The position numbers and the translations under genes were made by a program. Under the pieces are notes generated by a model that had not been told where the DNA came from, made no database searches, and saw only the letters and a list, made by a program, of their open reading frames with translations. Below, one piece after another: positions 47,701 to 62,041 of a stretch of 64,000 nt of DNA. Numbering within the stretch: position 1 is the stretch's first letter; each line of letters starts with the position of its first letter. This stretch comes from Callorhinchus milii (lineage: Eukaryota): positions 806,001 through 870,000 of the forward strand of contig NW_024704771.1 of the NCBI RefSeq assembly GCF_018977255.1, read 5' to 3'.

Positions 47701-49450
47701 CCCTCACGTCCCCTCCACTGACACCCTCACGTCCCCTCCACTGACACCCTCACGTGCCCTTACACGCATCCTCACGTGCCCCCACACGCACCACCCTCAC
47801 GTTCCACCACACGCACCCTCACGTCCCCCCACACGCACCCTCATGTCCCCTCCACTGACACCCTCACGTCCCCTCCACTCGCACCCTCACGTGCCCCCCA
47901 CATCCTCACGTGCCCCCACACGCACCCTTACATCGCCCCCCATTCACCCTCAAGTCGCCCCCACACGCACCGTCACGTCACTCCCACAGGCACCCTCATC
48001 TCCGCCCCACACGCAACCTCACATCCCCTCCTACATGCACATTCGTGTCCCCCACTCGCCCCCTCATGTTCCTCCACACATCCTCACATTCCCTGCACAC
48101 ACACTCTCACTTCCCCACCACACGCACCCTCACATCCCCACCACACGCACCCTCACATCCCCACCACACGCACCCTCACGTCCCCACCACACGCACCCTC
48201 ACGTCCCCACCACACGCACCCTCACGTCCCCACCACACGCACCCTCACGTCCCCTCCACACGCACCCTCACATCCCCTCCACACGCACCCTCACATCCCC
48301 TCCACACGCACCCTCATGTCCCCACCACACACAACCTCACATCCACCCCACATGCACCCTCACAGCCCCCCAAACGCAACTTCAGCTCACCGACATACGC
48401 ACCCTCACGTCAATTCCACACGCACCCTCACGTCCCCTCCCCCCACACGCGCACTCACCATCCCCCACACGCACCCTCACATCCCCCCCATACACAACCT
48501 GACTTGAGCCCCACACACCGTCACTTCCCCCCCACCCCACACACACACACTCACATCCCCCACAAACCCTCACGATCCCCCCACATGCACCCTCACCTCC
48601 CCCCGCACCCTCACCTCCCCCCGCACCCTCACCTCCCCCCGCACCCTCACCTCCCCCCCGCACCCTCACCTCCCCCCCGCACCCTCACCTCCCCCCCGCA
48701 CCCTCACCTCCCCCCCGCACCCTCACCTCCCCCCCGCACCCTCACCTCCCCCGCGCACCCTCACCTCCCCCGCACCCTCACCTCCCCCCGCACCCTCACC
48801 TCCCCCCGCACCCTCACCTCCCCCCCGCACCCTCACCTCCCCCCCGCACCCTCACCTCCTCCCCGCAGCCTCACCTCCTCCCCGCACCCTCACCTCCTCC
48901 CCGCAGCCTCACCTCCTCCCCGCAGCCTCACCTCCTCCCCGCACCCTCACCTCCTCCCCGCAGCCTCACCTCCTCCCCGCAGCCTCACGACATCCCAAAC
49001 ACACCCTCAAGTCCCCCCCACACGCTCACCTCCAGCCCACACGCACCCTCATGTCCCACCCACACGAACCCTCACGTTCCCCCCACACACACACTCACTT
49101 ACCCCCACATAATTACCTCACAGACCCCCCAACGGACACACCTTCAGCCCCACCCCACACACCCTCACATACCCCCACACACACACACACCCTCACATCC
49201 CCCCCCCACCCACACACACAGACACACACACACACGACCTCACTTCCCCTCACACATACACCCTCACATCACCACTCCCCACTCGCACACCCACACATAC
49301 CTCCACACACACCCTCACATGACCACACACACGCACACGCCCTCACATCCCCCCCCACACACACCCCCACACACCCACACATTCCCCACACACACCCACA
49401 CATTCCCCCCCACACAAACCCCTCCCCCACAGACACACAGACTCTCAGCC
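44740..49450 (+). repeat. C/A-rich minisatellite of about 4.7 kb in the last intron of gene B
   Basis: Same core as 3490-7830; homogenised 17-18-bp sub-array (gcaccctcacctcccccc) at about 48590-48990. Confidence 0.95.
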
Positions 49451-49581
49451 TTTTTGCGGATTCTGTTCCCAGGAGATGTCGATGTTTTACACAAAGGCTT
49501 CTCTCCCGGTGACGACGCTGAAGATCATCTTATTTATGATTGTAAATGTGTCCGACATTAATGGTCTGATTCTCCCTCCAG

Positions 49582-50096
49582 TTACAGTCACTCTGGATCC
49601 TGACACAGCCCATCCCCGGCTCATCCTGTCTGAGGACCTGACCAGTGTGAGACGCGGAGACGAAGAGCAGCCGCTCCCTGACTCCCCGAAGAGGTTTAGT
49701 TACTATCCCATTGTCCTGGGATCTGAGGGCTTCACATCGGGAAGACATTACTGGGAGGTGCAGGTGGGCAACAAGTCAATGTGGGCTGTGGGATTGGCCA
49801 CAGAGTCTGTCAACAGGAAACAACCAATCAGATGGTCACCAGAGGGTGGGGTCTGGGGGGTGGGACTGTGGTATGGGGTCCATTATGAGGCTCTGACGTC
49901 ACCCCCCACCCCCCTGACCCTGACAGTGAGACCCGGGAAGGTCGGGGTTTACATGGACTATGAGGGGGGACAGGTGTCATTTTACAACGCTGACAACATG
50001 GCTCATCTCCACACTTTCACCGACACATTCACTGAGAAACTTTATCCTCTGTTCAGTCCCTGGTTTGATTCTGACCCTCTGACAATCTGCCGGTGA
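49582..50096 (+). CDS. BTN-like gene B, terminal B30.2/PRYSPRY exon
   Basis: Same acceptor and motifs as gene A; 515 nt completes a 1551-nt reading frame; AATAAA at 50710-50715. Confidence 0.95.
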
Positions 50097-52349
50097 CGGT
50101 TAATGAGGAGGAACATTTGTCCATTATAATAAGGAGAAAAACCCTCAGCCATTAACTTCATACAATGGCGGTGAAAATATTCTTGGGGGGTGGGGGGGAA
50201 GGGTGTGCACTTTAAAATGGGCATCACCCCGACCATCACCCTATACACACCCTCACATTCCCCCCCCACCCCACCACACCCTCACATCCCACCACACACA
50301 CCCACAACCCCCCCCACACACACCCTCACATACACCCCACACACACCCTCACATCCCCCCCCACACACACCCTCACATCCCCTCCACACACACCCTCACA
50401 TCCCCTCCACACACACCCTCACATCTGTGTTGGGAGAATCTGACTTGCCATCCAGTGTGTGACTCACACGCTCTGAGACAGGGATATATATCGCTGATAT
50501 CTTTCTCTCCAGCAATGCCCAGTCTCACAGTCGGGGCTGTGCTCAGAATCTCACTGAAATCTCCCAAATCACTTTTATATCTATAAACAGGTGCCGTGTT
50601 GTTCCCCAGTGAGTGGCCGCGTCTCACTGTGTATAAACACTGTGTGTTTTCAGTGACAGCTTTTATACTCTGTAACATTTCTCACTCACTGTAACATTCT
50701 TTAACCTTCAATAAACCGAGGTCACGTCTGTGTGGATATTAATATCCAAAATATTGTCATTCACTTGCAAAATACTCGATCAATTTACAATAAATAATGT
50801 GTCATTTTATGTCCAATCCTTATGCACAGTCTACACACACTCCTCACCCTCTGATACACACATCCCTAACCCTCACCCCCTGAAACTCACACCCTGAGTT
50901 GTCTTAATTCACTCTCCAACTTACTGTGCAGAGACCACACAGATAACTCAGCGCTGAGACACCGAATGCCCACCTCCTCCTCTGACCCTCGTTACTCTCA
51001 CCGGCAGTGTTTGTTTCTGGTCCAGTTGTTGCCTCTCTCTCCGGCCTCACCGGCTGCTCCAGGTTTAGGGTTCACTCCGTGGACTTTCATTGATTTCCCA
51101 CATTTCCAACTCCATTTTAGAATTTGAGAAACCAGTGACATTGAACTCAGATCGTGTGGATGTATTCCAGAGGAATAATAACAATAATCCCTCCATTTAA
51201 TACAGCACCTCATCACATCACTGAGACATCACAAATCGCTTCACAGAATATATTGTAAAGTGTATTGACTGTGTGTTCTGTGGGCAAAATACTGCAGCCA
51301 ATTGCACACAGCAGTTTCCCACAAATAGTCATGGATTGAGTAACCAAATTATTTTTTGGGAGAGATTATTGACCACAGAAAGCGATCCACCAATCACCTG
51401 TCAACTGGGTTCCCACTTAACTGCTGGTAAACAGAGGTGTGTGGAATAAGGAAACTTGTCTAAGATGTAAAGGGGATTGACTGGATATTTTATGAACAAA
51501 ATGTTCAGGGAGTGAGGAATGGGTGAAGACGCTGTGGAGCATAATCACCGCATGGACTGGTTTGACCGAGTTGCCTATTTAGTTGCTGTACATTCTTTGA
51601 CTCCCACGAGACAATTTGACAGTCAGAAAAATCCAATCCCGGTCACACTTTCATACAGTTTTACCTGTGAAGATTCCTCTCTTTGAGGCAAAACACCAAC
51701 AGGTAAGTGTCAGAAATTGTTGCCTGAAATGACATTAGATTCTGATTGAAAAAAATTACTTTATTCTGTATTCCAGTTACAGGATTCACTGGTTTCACTT
51801 TCACATGTGGTGATGTGGAGTTTAAATATGAAATAAATGTTCTCTATTGTCAGGTTTGTGTCAGTAGTAAAGCGGGAGCTCTGCAGTCAGTTTATTCCCA
51901 GTTTGTGGTTTAAACGCTGAGAATTGGAGGCAAGTGAGGAGGGAAGGGAATGGGAGCTCCTCTCTGACCTGCACCATGTTGGGGTGAATAAGGAGCGGCT
52001 GTGAGGAGGGGGAGGGGAGGGGCACATTACAGCAGTTACACATAACATGTTTCTTCCCCAAACCATCTCATGTAGACCCCCAGTGCGGGGCCAGGGGGGG
52101 CCTCACTGTCACAGTTAAAGATCCCACATCACTATTCCAACAGAGAAGGCAGTTTGTTCTGTTGTGGGTGTAAATGCAAAGAACATGTTGTAAGATCACA
52201 GAGTTATTAATTATGTTTTCCATTTTTATTAATTACCGGCTGTACCTGTCGCAGCTACACTTGCAACCAAAGGATCCACTATGGAATGTAGATTTCAGTA
52301 TTATTATACTTTATATTATATTTTATATTTGATTATTATACTTTATAAC

Positions 52350-54170
52350 AGCAACAACTTGCACTTATATAGCGTCCTTCACGCAGGGTAGTGTTTCACA
52401 GCGCTTAACGGGTGCAGCCTGACTCCGAGCTGGTAGGTGGTTGGGGATGGGAGCTGCCGTAAGCACAGTCAAAGAAGAAGATTTTCCAGCGGACTTGAAA
52501 AAGGGGAATGGGCACGATGGAGGGATTGAGGGACAGTGTTCCAGAGTTTCAGGGTGTAGTGGCTAATAGCACAACCACTGATGGTGGGGCAGAGGGTGCG
52601 AGGGACGAGTGGGAGACCGGTGCCAGTCAAGCGGATGTGGAGTGGATTGGGGGGTGAGTGGGTCGGGGAAGTTTTCAACATGAGTGTGAATATCTTGAAG
52701 TTGATCCATTCAGTGATGGGGAGTCAGTGGAGCCTGGACAGAACCGGTGACATGTTGGTATGGAGTTTGGTCCAGGTCAGTTTTCTGTGGCAGAGTTCTG
52801 AATGAGCTGGAGATCTTTTGAATGGTGGACCTGGGGAGGCCGGTGAGGAGTGTGTTGGAGTATTCCAAGAGGAGGTGACAAACACATGCACAAGGTTTTC
52901 GGCTGCATTTGTGATAAGATACCGTCGGAGGCAGGCAATTTGGTGGAGGTAGAAGAAGGTGGTCCTGGTCAGGGATTGGATGTGGGGGAGGAAGGGCAGT
53001 TGGAGGTTGAACTGGATGCCTGAATTGTGCACTGAGACTGAAGGAGAGACCAGAGAGGTTGAGGAATTTCGATCCACAGTATTGAAGACATTGACAGACA
53101 AGGAGTATGGCTTCCATCTTGTTCATATTCAGCTGCAGGAAGTTTACACTCATCCAGGCCTTGATGTGTGCGAGACAACCTGATAGAACATTGGGGACCT
53201 GGAGTCATAATAATAATAATAACCATCCTTGCATTTGATATAGCTGTTAATGGAGGAGGGAAAGTAGATTTGTGTGTCATCGCATACATGTGGAAGTTTA
53301 CCCCATGTCAATGGATGACAGTAGAGGAGCATATAGGTAACTAAGATAGATGAGGGAGGACGGTGGTGGAGGAGGATGCCATGGCCAACTGTGTCGACTG
53401 TGGCGGAGAGATCAGGGAGGATGAGGAGGCAGAGGGAGCCCCGGTCAGATAGAGAGAATGTCATTTGTGACCTTGAAAAGCACCGTCTCTGTACTGAGGG
53501 CAGAGTGAAAACCAGACATCAGGGGCTCAACGAGGGAATTGGCCTCACACAATGCATTGTAGGATTTTGGCCGGGAAGTTTTTGGGAGGTTGGAGATGGG
53601 ATGGTAGTGTGAGAGACGAGAGAGATCGAGGATGGTTTTTTTGAGGAGCCCATTATGTAATATATAATAATTCTTGCATTTGATATAGCGCTTTCCACAT
53701 CTTCTCAATGTCTCAAAGAGCTTCACAGAATAGACTGTAAAGTGAAGTGACTGTATATTTAAACCATTACAGTGGTTTTCAGGCGGAGTGGAGCAGCCTG
53801 TGGAGAGAGACTGGTCGGTTAGCAGGGAGGAGAGAAGGGGAAGTTGAGTGACCAGAGATGGGTGGGGAGGGGGTCGAGGCAGCAGGTGGTGACCTCCATC
53901 TGGGTGATAGAGACTGAGAGAGAGGGGGGAGAATTGGGGGCAAAGGAGTGTAAGGAGGGGAAAGTGGCAGGAGCCGTGGTGGAGGGAGGAGGCATTGTGG
54001 ATGGTCTGTGTGAGGTGGAAAGGGACATGGGATGGGGGGAGGGGATAATGCAGCCAAACAGATGGTTGAGTGGGTGCACAGAGATGGTGATGGACGGTGG
54101 AAATCAGCGTCTTTGGATTGTTATTTGCCTCCCGGGTGACTCTGGAGTAAATGTCAGTTTTGGTCTGTGA
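52350..54170 (-). mobile_element. Fragmented L2 LINE (paralogue of 9590-11420)
   Basis: Near-identical ORF fragments to those at 9717-11417. Confidence 0.75.
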
Positions 54171-55109
54171 AAAGGGGAGGCAGTAGGTGTGGAGGTGCTC
54201 GAGCCACAGATGGCAGTTTATAGTATATTGTTATACTTTTATATTATTATTATATTTTATATTATAATTCTTTATATTATATTATTATACTTTATATAAA
54301 TATAGGAGATTCCTCCCCCAAAATACCCTTAGTTTTCTCTGTCACTAATTTGTTTCAGAATATATTAGCAAAGATGTATCTCTCGAGAACAGTGTGTGAT
54401 TTCTCTGTCGAAACCTTGTTGCAGAATACGAGTCATACCTCATATTTTGGGGCTTAATTAAAGTATTTTTAAAATATAGCTCATCAACGATAGGAGTTTG
54501 TGAAAACAAATATGCCCATGACACTCCTACTTGCAACACCTTTCTGATGGGTTATAATCATGTCTCTGTGTCAATCGGTTATTGTGCTATTGGTTTGACA
54601 CACAGACAAACTCACACAAACATTTCATCTGATTAGTATAGATAGATGTACAAACACAAATCTCTGTGTGTAATGATCTGATTTGCTGTGTCGTAACCAG
54701 TTCTGATCTCATTGTGAAGGTCCTAAAAGATGAGGTGGAAACACTTTCTTCAGGTCCTATGGCTTGTGCTTCCCCTCTCACTGACTGGTAAGGAAACACA
54801 TTGAATCTGTTTGTTGGTGTTAAATTGCTGAAGGCAATGAAGGCACTGAGCCCCGAAGCTCTGGATTCCCTCCCTCAATCCCTCCGCCCCTTGCCCCCTC
54901 CCTCCCCACTTTCAAATCCCATCCAAAGACCTTACATTTTGATTGTGTTCACTGTCACCTCTCCCCTCCCTCTACCCCTGGATCGGGGTCAGACTCCACC
55001 TCTGTCAAGCGCTCTGGGACGCTGCCCCGCGTGAAGGACGCGATATAAATGCAAGTTGTTGAATATAAACTCAAGTCTAATAAGTGGAGACATTGCTATA
55101 TGGGGGCGG

Positions 55110-55128
55110 TGCTGCCGCCATCTGGTGG
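55110..55128 (-). promoter_or_regulatory. Candidate CTCF-binding site, second unit
   Basis: Identical to 12536-12554. Confidence 0.55.
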
Positions 55129-56949
55129 TGACAAGATGAACGGCAGTGGGTTCCAGGACCAACATCTGTCACTGAAGCACTCGCCCAGTCAGTCATCGGG
55201 TCCTTTTCCATGTTGTTTAACCATTCTTTTCACCTCTCTTTCATTGCTTCAGGCACTCTTCTAAGGGCTTTACTAACGGTTGGACTATTTCTCTTCGCCT
55301 TGTTTTATATTCTCCCTTCATCAGTCCTCTGTCACCTGACAATATTTCTCTACAATGTTGTCAGTCTCCAAATGTTTGCATTCTTCTGGTGTTGGTGGAC
55401 ACAAAGTGCAGACAGTGGGAAAGGTAAGATTGAAGCCAAACAAAGCCAAAACCCCCATGACGGTGGGGATGAGAGGAGAGACGATGATAGACAGCATCAG
55501 CCCAGGTAAACATCTCACATCTTCTGATGTTTAAAATGTGAATGATGTACATTTACTGATGCAAAAGCTGACAGTCTGTCATGAACAAGGAATGTCTCTG
55601 AGGGATTCCACCTGAATATGCCAAAGCTGTGCATCAGCCCGGCTCAGTCTGTAACACTCTCACACACACCAGGACTTTCAGCTCACAGTCACGGATGACC
55701 CTCTGGTCCAGATCTGAGGGAGTTAATATAATATAATGTGCCTATTCAGGTGAATGTAAAAATCTCACAAAACTAATGAATAGAGAACTGTCTCTGTTAC
55801 AAGAATCAAATCACTAAAGCCGGTCTGTCAGGGCTGACAGATTCTCCCATTCTGTCCTGAGGAGCAGTCGCTGCCCACACACTGTCTGTGCCCCAACCGC
55901 ACTCCCGCCTGCAACTGTCCTGCTCCTCGATCCCCTCACTCCTCTTTGTCTAATGTTTCTGTCTCTCAGCTCCGGCCTCTCCGACTCTGGATCCTGATCC
56001 CAGGACTCTGGGTATTTGGAATTCAGTGCCAGGACGATAGGGATCGACACCAAAATAAGTTTTGAAAAGGTTTCCGTGGGCCTTCGCTGTGTGTCCTCCC
56101 GTGGGCTCCCCTCTCCTGTCACACTGAGCAGCCTCACCATCCTCACTGGCCGTCACAGGGGCCGGGGATACCCACTGTCACTCAGATTGTTTGAATCACT
56201 GATTCACTATCTCCTGTTCCTGGGATTCAAACAATTACAATTTATTGGTGTTTTACAATAAAGCAGTCAATGCCGGGACCGACATTGGAATGACATTCAG
56301 CTGGAAATTCCGGCTCTCCAGACGGGATCTCCCCCATTGGTCCGGCCTCGAGCCGGGGGTTCAGTGTAATGAGCCACTGTAGCCGCCAGACAGCACAATC
56401 AGCACCAGCACCGCAACAGCTCGTCTGGATTAACATCATTCAGAGCATCAGAGGAACCTGACACCCAATGTGTGGGAGCAAAACGTGAGCCATCTGTGTA
56501 AAGCTCATCGCCAGCTCGTCTCTGTGCTCGTGTTGGGAGAATCTGACTTGCCATCCAGTGTGTGACTCACACGCTCTGAGACAGGGATATATATCGCTGA
56601 TATCTTTCTCTCCAGCAATGCCCAGTCTCACAGTCGGGGCTGTGCTCAGAATCTCACTGAAATCTCCCAAATCACTTTTATATCTATAAACAGGTGCCGT
56701 GTTGTTCCCCAGTGAGCGGCCGCGTCTCACTGTGTATAAACACTGTGTATTTTCTGTGACGGATTTTATAATCCGTAACATTTCTCACTCACTGTAACAA
56801 TCTTTAACCTTCAATAAACCGAGGTCACGACTGTGTGGATATTAATATCCAAAATATTGTCATTCACTTACAAAATACTCAATCAATTTACAATAAATTT
56901 GTTTTGTTATTATTTTATGTCCAATGATTGAACACAATCTTACCACACT

Positions 56950-57455
56950 CCTCACCCTCTGATACACACACCCCCAACCCTCACCCCCTGATACACACAC
57001 CCCTAACCCTCACCCTGACACACACACCCCTAACCCTCAACGCCTGACATACACACCCCTGACCCTCACACCCTGACACACACACACCCCTGACCCTCAC
57101 ACCCTGACACACACACACCCCTGACCCTCACACCCTGATACACACACCCCTAACCCTCACCCCCCGACACACCCCTACCCTCACCCACACAAACACACAC
57201 CCCTAACCCTCACCCCTCAGACACACACCCCTAACCCTCATCCCCTGACACACACACCCCTGACCCTCACCCCCCGACACACCCCTGACCCTCACCCCGA
57301 CACACACACCCCTGACCCTCACCCCTGACACACACACCCCTGACCCTCACCCCCTGACACACACACCCCTAACCCTCACCCCCTGACCCTCACCCCCTGA
57401 CCCTCACCCCCTGACCCTCACCCCCTGACCCTCACCCCCTGACCCTCACCCCCCG
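56950..57455 (+). repeat. Telomere-variant tandem repeat, second unit
   Basis: Same motifs as 14375-14830 but a different unit arrangement. Confidence 0.85.
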
Positions 57456-57684
57456 GGGCTCATGGCCACACGGCCGCCGAGTTGGGAATGTCGGTGTTGG
57501 TGTAGAAAACCCCTTTGATGTGAAGCTGTTGATAGTCACAGAGAATAATAATGTATTTGATGTCATTATATTATACAATAATTGATTGAATCTTCAATGA
57601 AAGGATTTCCCACTGAATATGTAATGTATATAACAGTATATGTGCCATTGCTGTTGACTATAGTGACTTTATACCATATTCTCA

Positions 57685-58480
57685 CCAGTTGGGGCGGAGG
57701 TGTCAGAGGGACTGTCGCTCGAGCGCGTTTCTGCCCTTCGGCGCTTCTGGAATGTTCCCGCCCTCCCCCCGCGCATGCGCACCTTCCCGAGTCTGGTCCC
57801 CGGCGGGAAAGCGCGGGAGCGCGGGACCGAGTGACGGTTGGAGACGGGACACAGCGCGCACGCGCGGGAAGGCGGGGCCGCGCGAGACGGGGACCGGCGG
57901 GAACAGTGCGCATGTGCCGACACCGCGTGACAGCGCTTTGGGCGTCAGGACCCGAGAAGAGCGCGAGAGTCGGTAAGTGAGGAGCGGAGGACCGACCCCG
58001 CGCTCCCCCCCCGGACCCCAACACACACACACACACACACAGTGACCGCACACCGACACCACACACTCCACACACCGGTGGGAGCCGCTGAAGGCGGGAA
58101 ACTGGGCAGAGAAGCCGCACAAAGGCTGTGACAGGACAGCGGAGCCGTCACCGCCCCTCACACAGACTGACACACACAGCGGGAACGGGAGGCAGTGGCT
58201 CCGGACACGGCTCTGGGCCTGAGAGCCGCGGTCTGACCACCTGCCACAGGCGGGAAGTGTGTGAAGGGACACAGTGGCCGCCACACACAGCGGGTCCTGG
58301 GGGTCACTGGTTTACCGCACACACCACACAAGTGCGGGAAGGGCGGACAGTGCTCGAGGAGCGAGTCCCGGCAGCTGCTGTCTTACCTCCCGCAGGAAGA
58401 GCTTCACACGAGGAGGAGGAGATGGCGTCGGTTATCTGTGGTGACGACCGGATGTCAATAGCGTTTGAAGTTGATTTGGG
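57685..58480 (+). promoter_or_regulatory. CpG island and probable promoter with first exon of gene C
   Basis: Near-identical to 15060-15850; donor CG|gtaagt at 57972/57973. Confidence 0.7.
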
Positions 58481-59430
58481 TTTGAGTTATAAAAGGAAAT
58501 GCTGTTGAACAGTGAACAGATAGAGAGACGGTGCGGACACGTTTACGCCACAGAATTCAATAGAATTCAATACAATATAAATATTATAATTTAAGTGTAT
58601 CGCTGAAGCTGAAAGAGCCGTTGAAAGAGAAAGGAAACTGTTGTGAATCGGGACAAGAAAGTTGCACAAGAAAGTTTGTAAATGTATATTATTAAACAAA
58701 CAAGAAATATTTCAAAAAGAGTGGTTTGAGGTCCTCTGTCCGTCCGGAAACAAAACCCTTCGGCTCTGCTTTTGCCCATCTCTCCCCTCCCCACCCCCTC
58801 AGCTCCCATTCCCCCCTCAGGTGCCCATCAGCTCTGTGAAGCGCTTTGAGCCATCATCTCGACATGAGGCGCTGTGTCAATATAAACTGTACTGTCACAT
58901 CCCAAACTGGTCTCAGTGACTGTGAGGCTGAGAGCAGCTGAACTCACGGACTTGTTTTAAACCAGAAATATATTTCTTTGTTGATAGAATATATATTTAC
59001 ACTTTCCTCAAAAAGAAACAAATGCCATAAGAGAATGAAGAAACACAACACGTTATTGTACCATTACGGGACGTGACAGCCCCGACCCCTTGTGGTGGGG
59101 GGTTGGGGGGGAGGGGCTGCCATTGCGCACTCCACTTTGGTGGAGGGACCAAGGCTCCCCCCCCCCCCCCCCCCCCGGGGATCTGCTGCCCGTTGTGGGA
59201 TGTGCTCACATTTCTTGGGGGGAACGCCCCCATTAAGCACAGTCGGGAAACGCCCCGTGTGCACCACAGACATGTGTGACTGCACACACCCTGATAAGGG
59301 GCACTTCCATTTACAGATGTCACCCCAATGTGCACTGTAAACAGATATAATTACACTAACAAAACACCCCGAGACATCGAACACAAACCATACACTGCAA
59401 TAAACACACAACCAGTCAACCCCCTGTCAC

Positions 59431-59638
59431 TGTGTGAGGTTAGTGACTGAGCTCAGTCACTGTGTGAGGTTAGTAACTGAGCTCAGTCACTGTGTGAGGT
59501 TAGTGACTGAGCTCAGTCACTGTGAGATTAGCAACTGAGCTCAGTCACTCTGTGAGGTTAGTAACTGAGCTCAGTCACTGTGTGAGGTTAGCAACAGAGC
59601 TCAGTCACTGTGTGAGGTTAGTAATTCAGCTCAGTCAC
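59431..59638. repeat. Seven units of the palindromic 30-bp repeat
   Basis: More degenerate paralogue of 16801-17100. Confidence 0.93.
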
Positions 59639-60789
59639 AGGATTAGCCTCCGGACACAGGTTTAATGTACTGTTAATAGTGAAGATTCTTCTCATTCGAT
59701 GCAAACTCTTAAACAGGTCAGTGTCGGAAATTGTTTCCTGAAATGAACTATTATTTTACCATTAAAATAATGCCTTAACTTTACTGCGATTCCAGTTACA
59801 GAATTCACTGGTTTCACTTTCACATGTGGTGATGTGGAGTTTACATATGAAATAAATGTTCTCTATTGTCAGGTTTGTGTCAGTAGTAAAGCGGGAGCTC
59901 TGCAGTCAGTTTATTCCCAGTTTGTGGTTTAATCGCTGAGAATCGGAGGCAAGTGAGGAGGGAAGGGAATGGGAGCTCCTCTCTGACCTGCACCATGTTG
60001 GGGTGAATAAGGAGCGGCTGTGAGGAGGGGGAGGGCAGGAGCACATTACAGCAGTTACACGTAACATGTTCCTTCCCCAGTCTGATTGCTGTCAGGTCAC
60101 TGGTGTTTACAGTGTTTCCTCTGAAGCGCTTTGAGACGTCCCTGGATGTAGAAGGTGCTGTATCAGATGTCAGGATTATTATTCTCCGAGGTCACCTTGA
60201 CAAGGGCTGAGGGTTGAAGCTCAGACAAACAGACGGAGACTCTGTGAGTTTAGAGTCTGCACCAGCAAAAGGTTCTACTGTTAAAAGCAAATCAGTGTCA
60301 GAAATTGTTCCCCGATGTGAAAAGTTTATTGTGATTAAAAATAATCATTTTATTTTTAGTGTTAACCCACTGGCTTGGTTTAGCCGAAACAACAACAACA
60401 ACTTATATATCACCCTCCACTCAGGGCAGCGTCTCAGAGCATTTAACAGTGGTGATGCCTGACTCCGAGCCTGAGTCAGAGGGTTGTGGTTTCAAGCCCC
60501 TCATTAAGACTTTGAGCTCACAGTGTAGGATGACACTCCACTGCGGTGATCGGGAGCACAACATTGTTGAAGGTGATGCTCTCTGCCTGTCAGGTGGATG
60601 TTAAAGATGCAAATTGTTGTTGTTGTTCCACCTATTTCAGCGCAATTACTTTATTCCAAAAGTTTGGAAGAACACTTTATTCAAATGCTGATCTGGATTG
60701 TGACACAGATCTGGTGTTACTGTGTGTTATTAATTTATTATGAATTGTCTGTTGATTTCCTCGTGTTTCAGTGCTCGATGTCCTGACAG

Positions 60790-60847
60790 ATGATGGAGAA
60801 GATTTTCATTCTAATTTTCCTGTTTGAGATTCCGGCTTCACTTTCTG
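60790..60847 (+). CDS. BTN-like gene C, signal-peptide exon (MMEKIFILIFLFEIPASLS)
   Basis: 58 nt; same splice context as gene B. Confidence 0.85.
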
Positions 60848-61693
60848 GTGAGCAACACTGTCATTTTCTGCCTAATCACTTTCACATTAACATTGCTATT
60901 TATTACAGAGGCAACTAAAATATTAGATCACTTATCGAAGTAGAGAATAGTTTTGTTTCTGATAAAGAATCCACTCACTGTAACTGGAAGCTGGAGCTTG
61001 TTATCACTGCAGCTGAAACTGCCCCAGAAATGTATTGCTTCTATCAACTTCCCTCAGTCTATCAGCCCATAACTGTGGCTGAAAGATCCTCACCAAACCT
61101 GGTCTATTCCCAGCTTCTCCTGATCACCTCCCGTTGTTCAGTGGTGAACAACTGTATCTCATTTCTGAGAGAAATGACAATTCCTGACTGTGTTAATGAG
61201 CTGAACGAGAGGACATTCTGGCTGTTTACACTGGAGCCGTATTTCAAACTATATTTGCAAAGGTTGTGAGCTGTCCGTGTTCACAGCACTGAACTCCGAG
61301 AGTAAATGTATCAGGTGAAGCTGAGATGGGAAGATGGGAGGTGAGTATTCTGGGAAGATGAGGTCAAATGGGCTGAAGGACTTCCTTCATCTGAACCTCT
61401 CTTGTGATCGTGTGAAATGTGTCCACTGATGAGACTATAAACTGGTGATTTATATTCATCTTTTAAATGGTAACATTGCTGCACATTTCCAAATAAAGTA
61501 TATTTCTGTAATAAGACAGTTTCTGTGCAGACTCAGGTCAGTTCATATCTCAGACTTTCAGGGCTTCAGGAAACCAGACACTAAACCTGTCAGTGACAGT
61601 GACACAAATAAACTATTGGATCTCATAGTTTTACACTTAATTAGAAACAAATCATAATAATAGTTGAATAATTGATATTGTATTGTTCACTAG

Positions 61694-62041
61694 ATTCTTT
61701 TATAGTTAATGGTCCACGTCAGCCTGTCCTCACAGCTCTGGGGAACGATGTCACTCTGGGATGTTGGTTAACCCCAGGAGTGGCTGCAGATATGATGGAT
61801 GTTAAATGGAGTAAATCTGATTCTGGGGATGTGGTGCATTTATACACACGTGGAGTGGATCTACCTGATCAGCAACGTGAAGCCTACAGAGGAAGAACCG
61901 AGCTCATTAGAGACGGGATGACTCGAGGAAACGTGTCTCTCAGACTGAAGAACGTGAGGTGCTCAGACCAAGGAGAATACACATGTTCTGTGAGATCCAC
62001 AGTAGATTTTGATGAAACAACAGTGCTTGTGAAAGTTGAAG
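61694..62041 (+). CDS. BTN-like gene C, IgV exon
   Basis: 348 nt, ttcactag acceptor, open frame, BTN IgV motifs. Confidence 0.95.
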
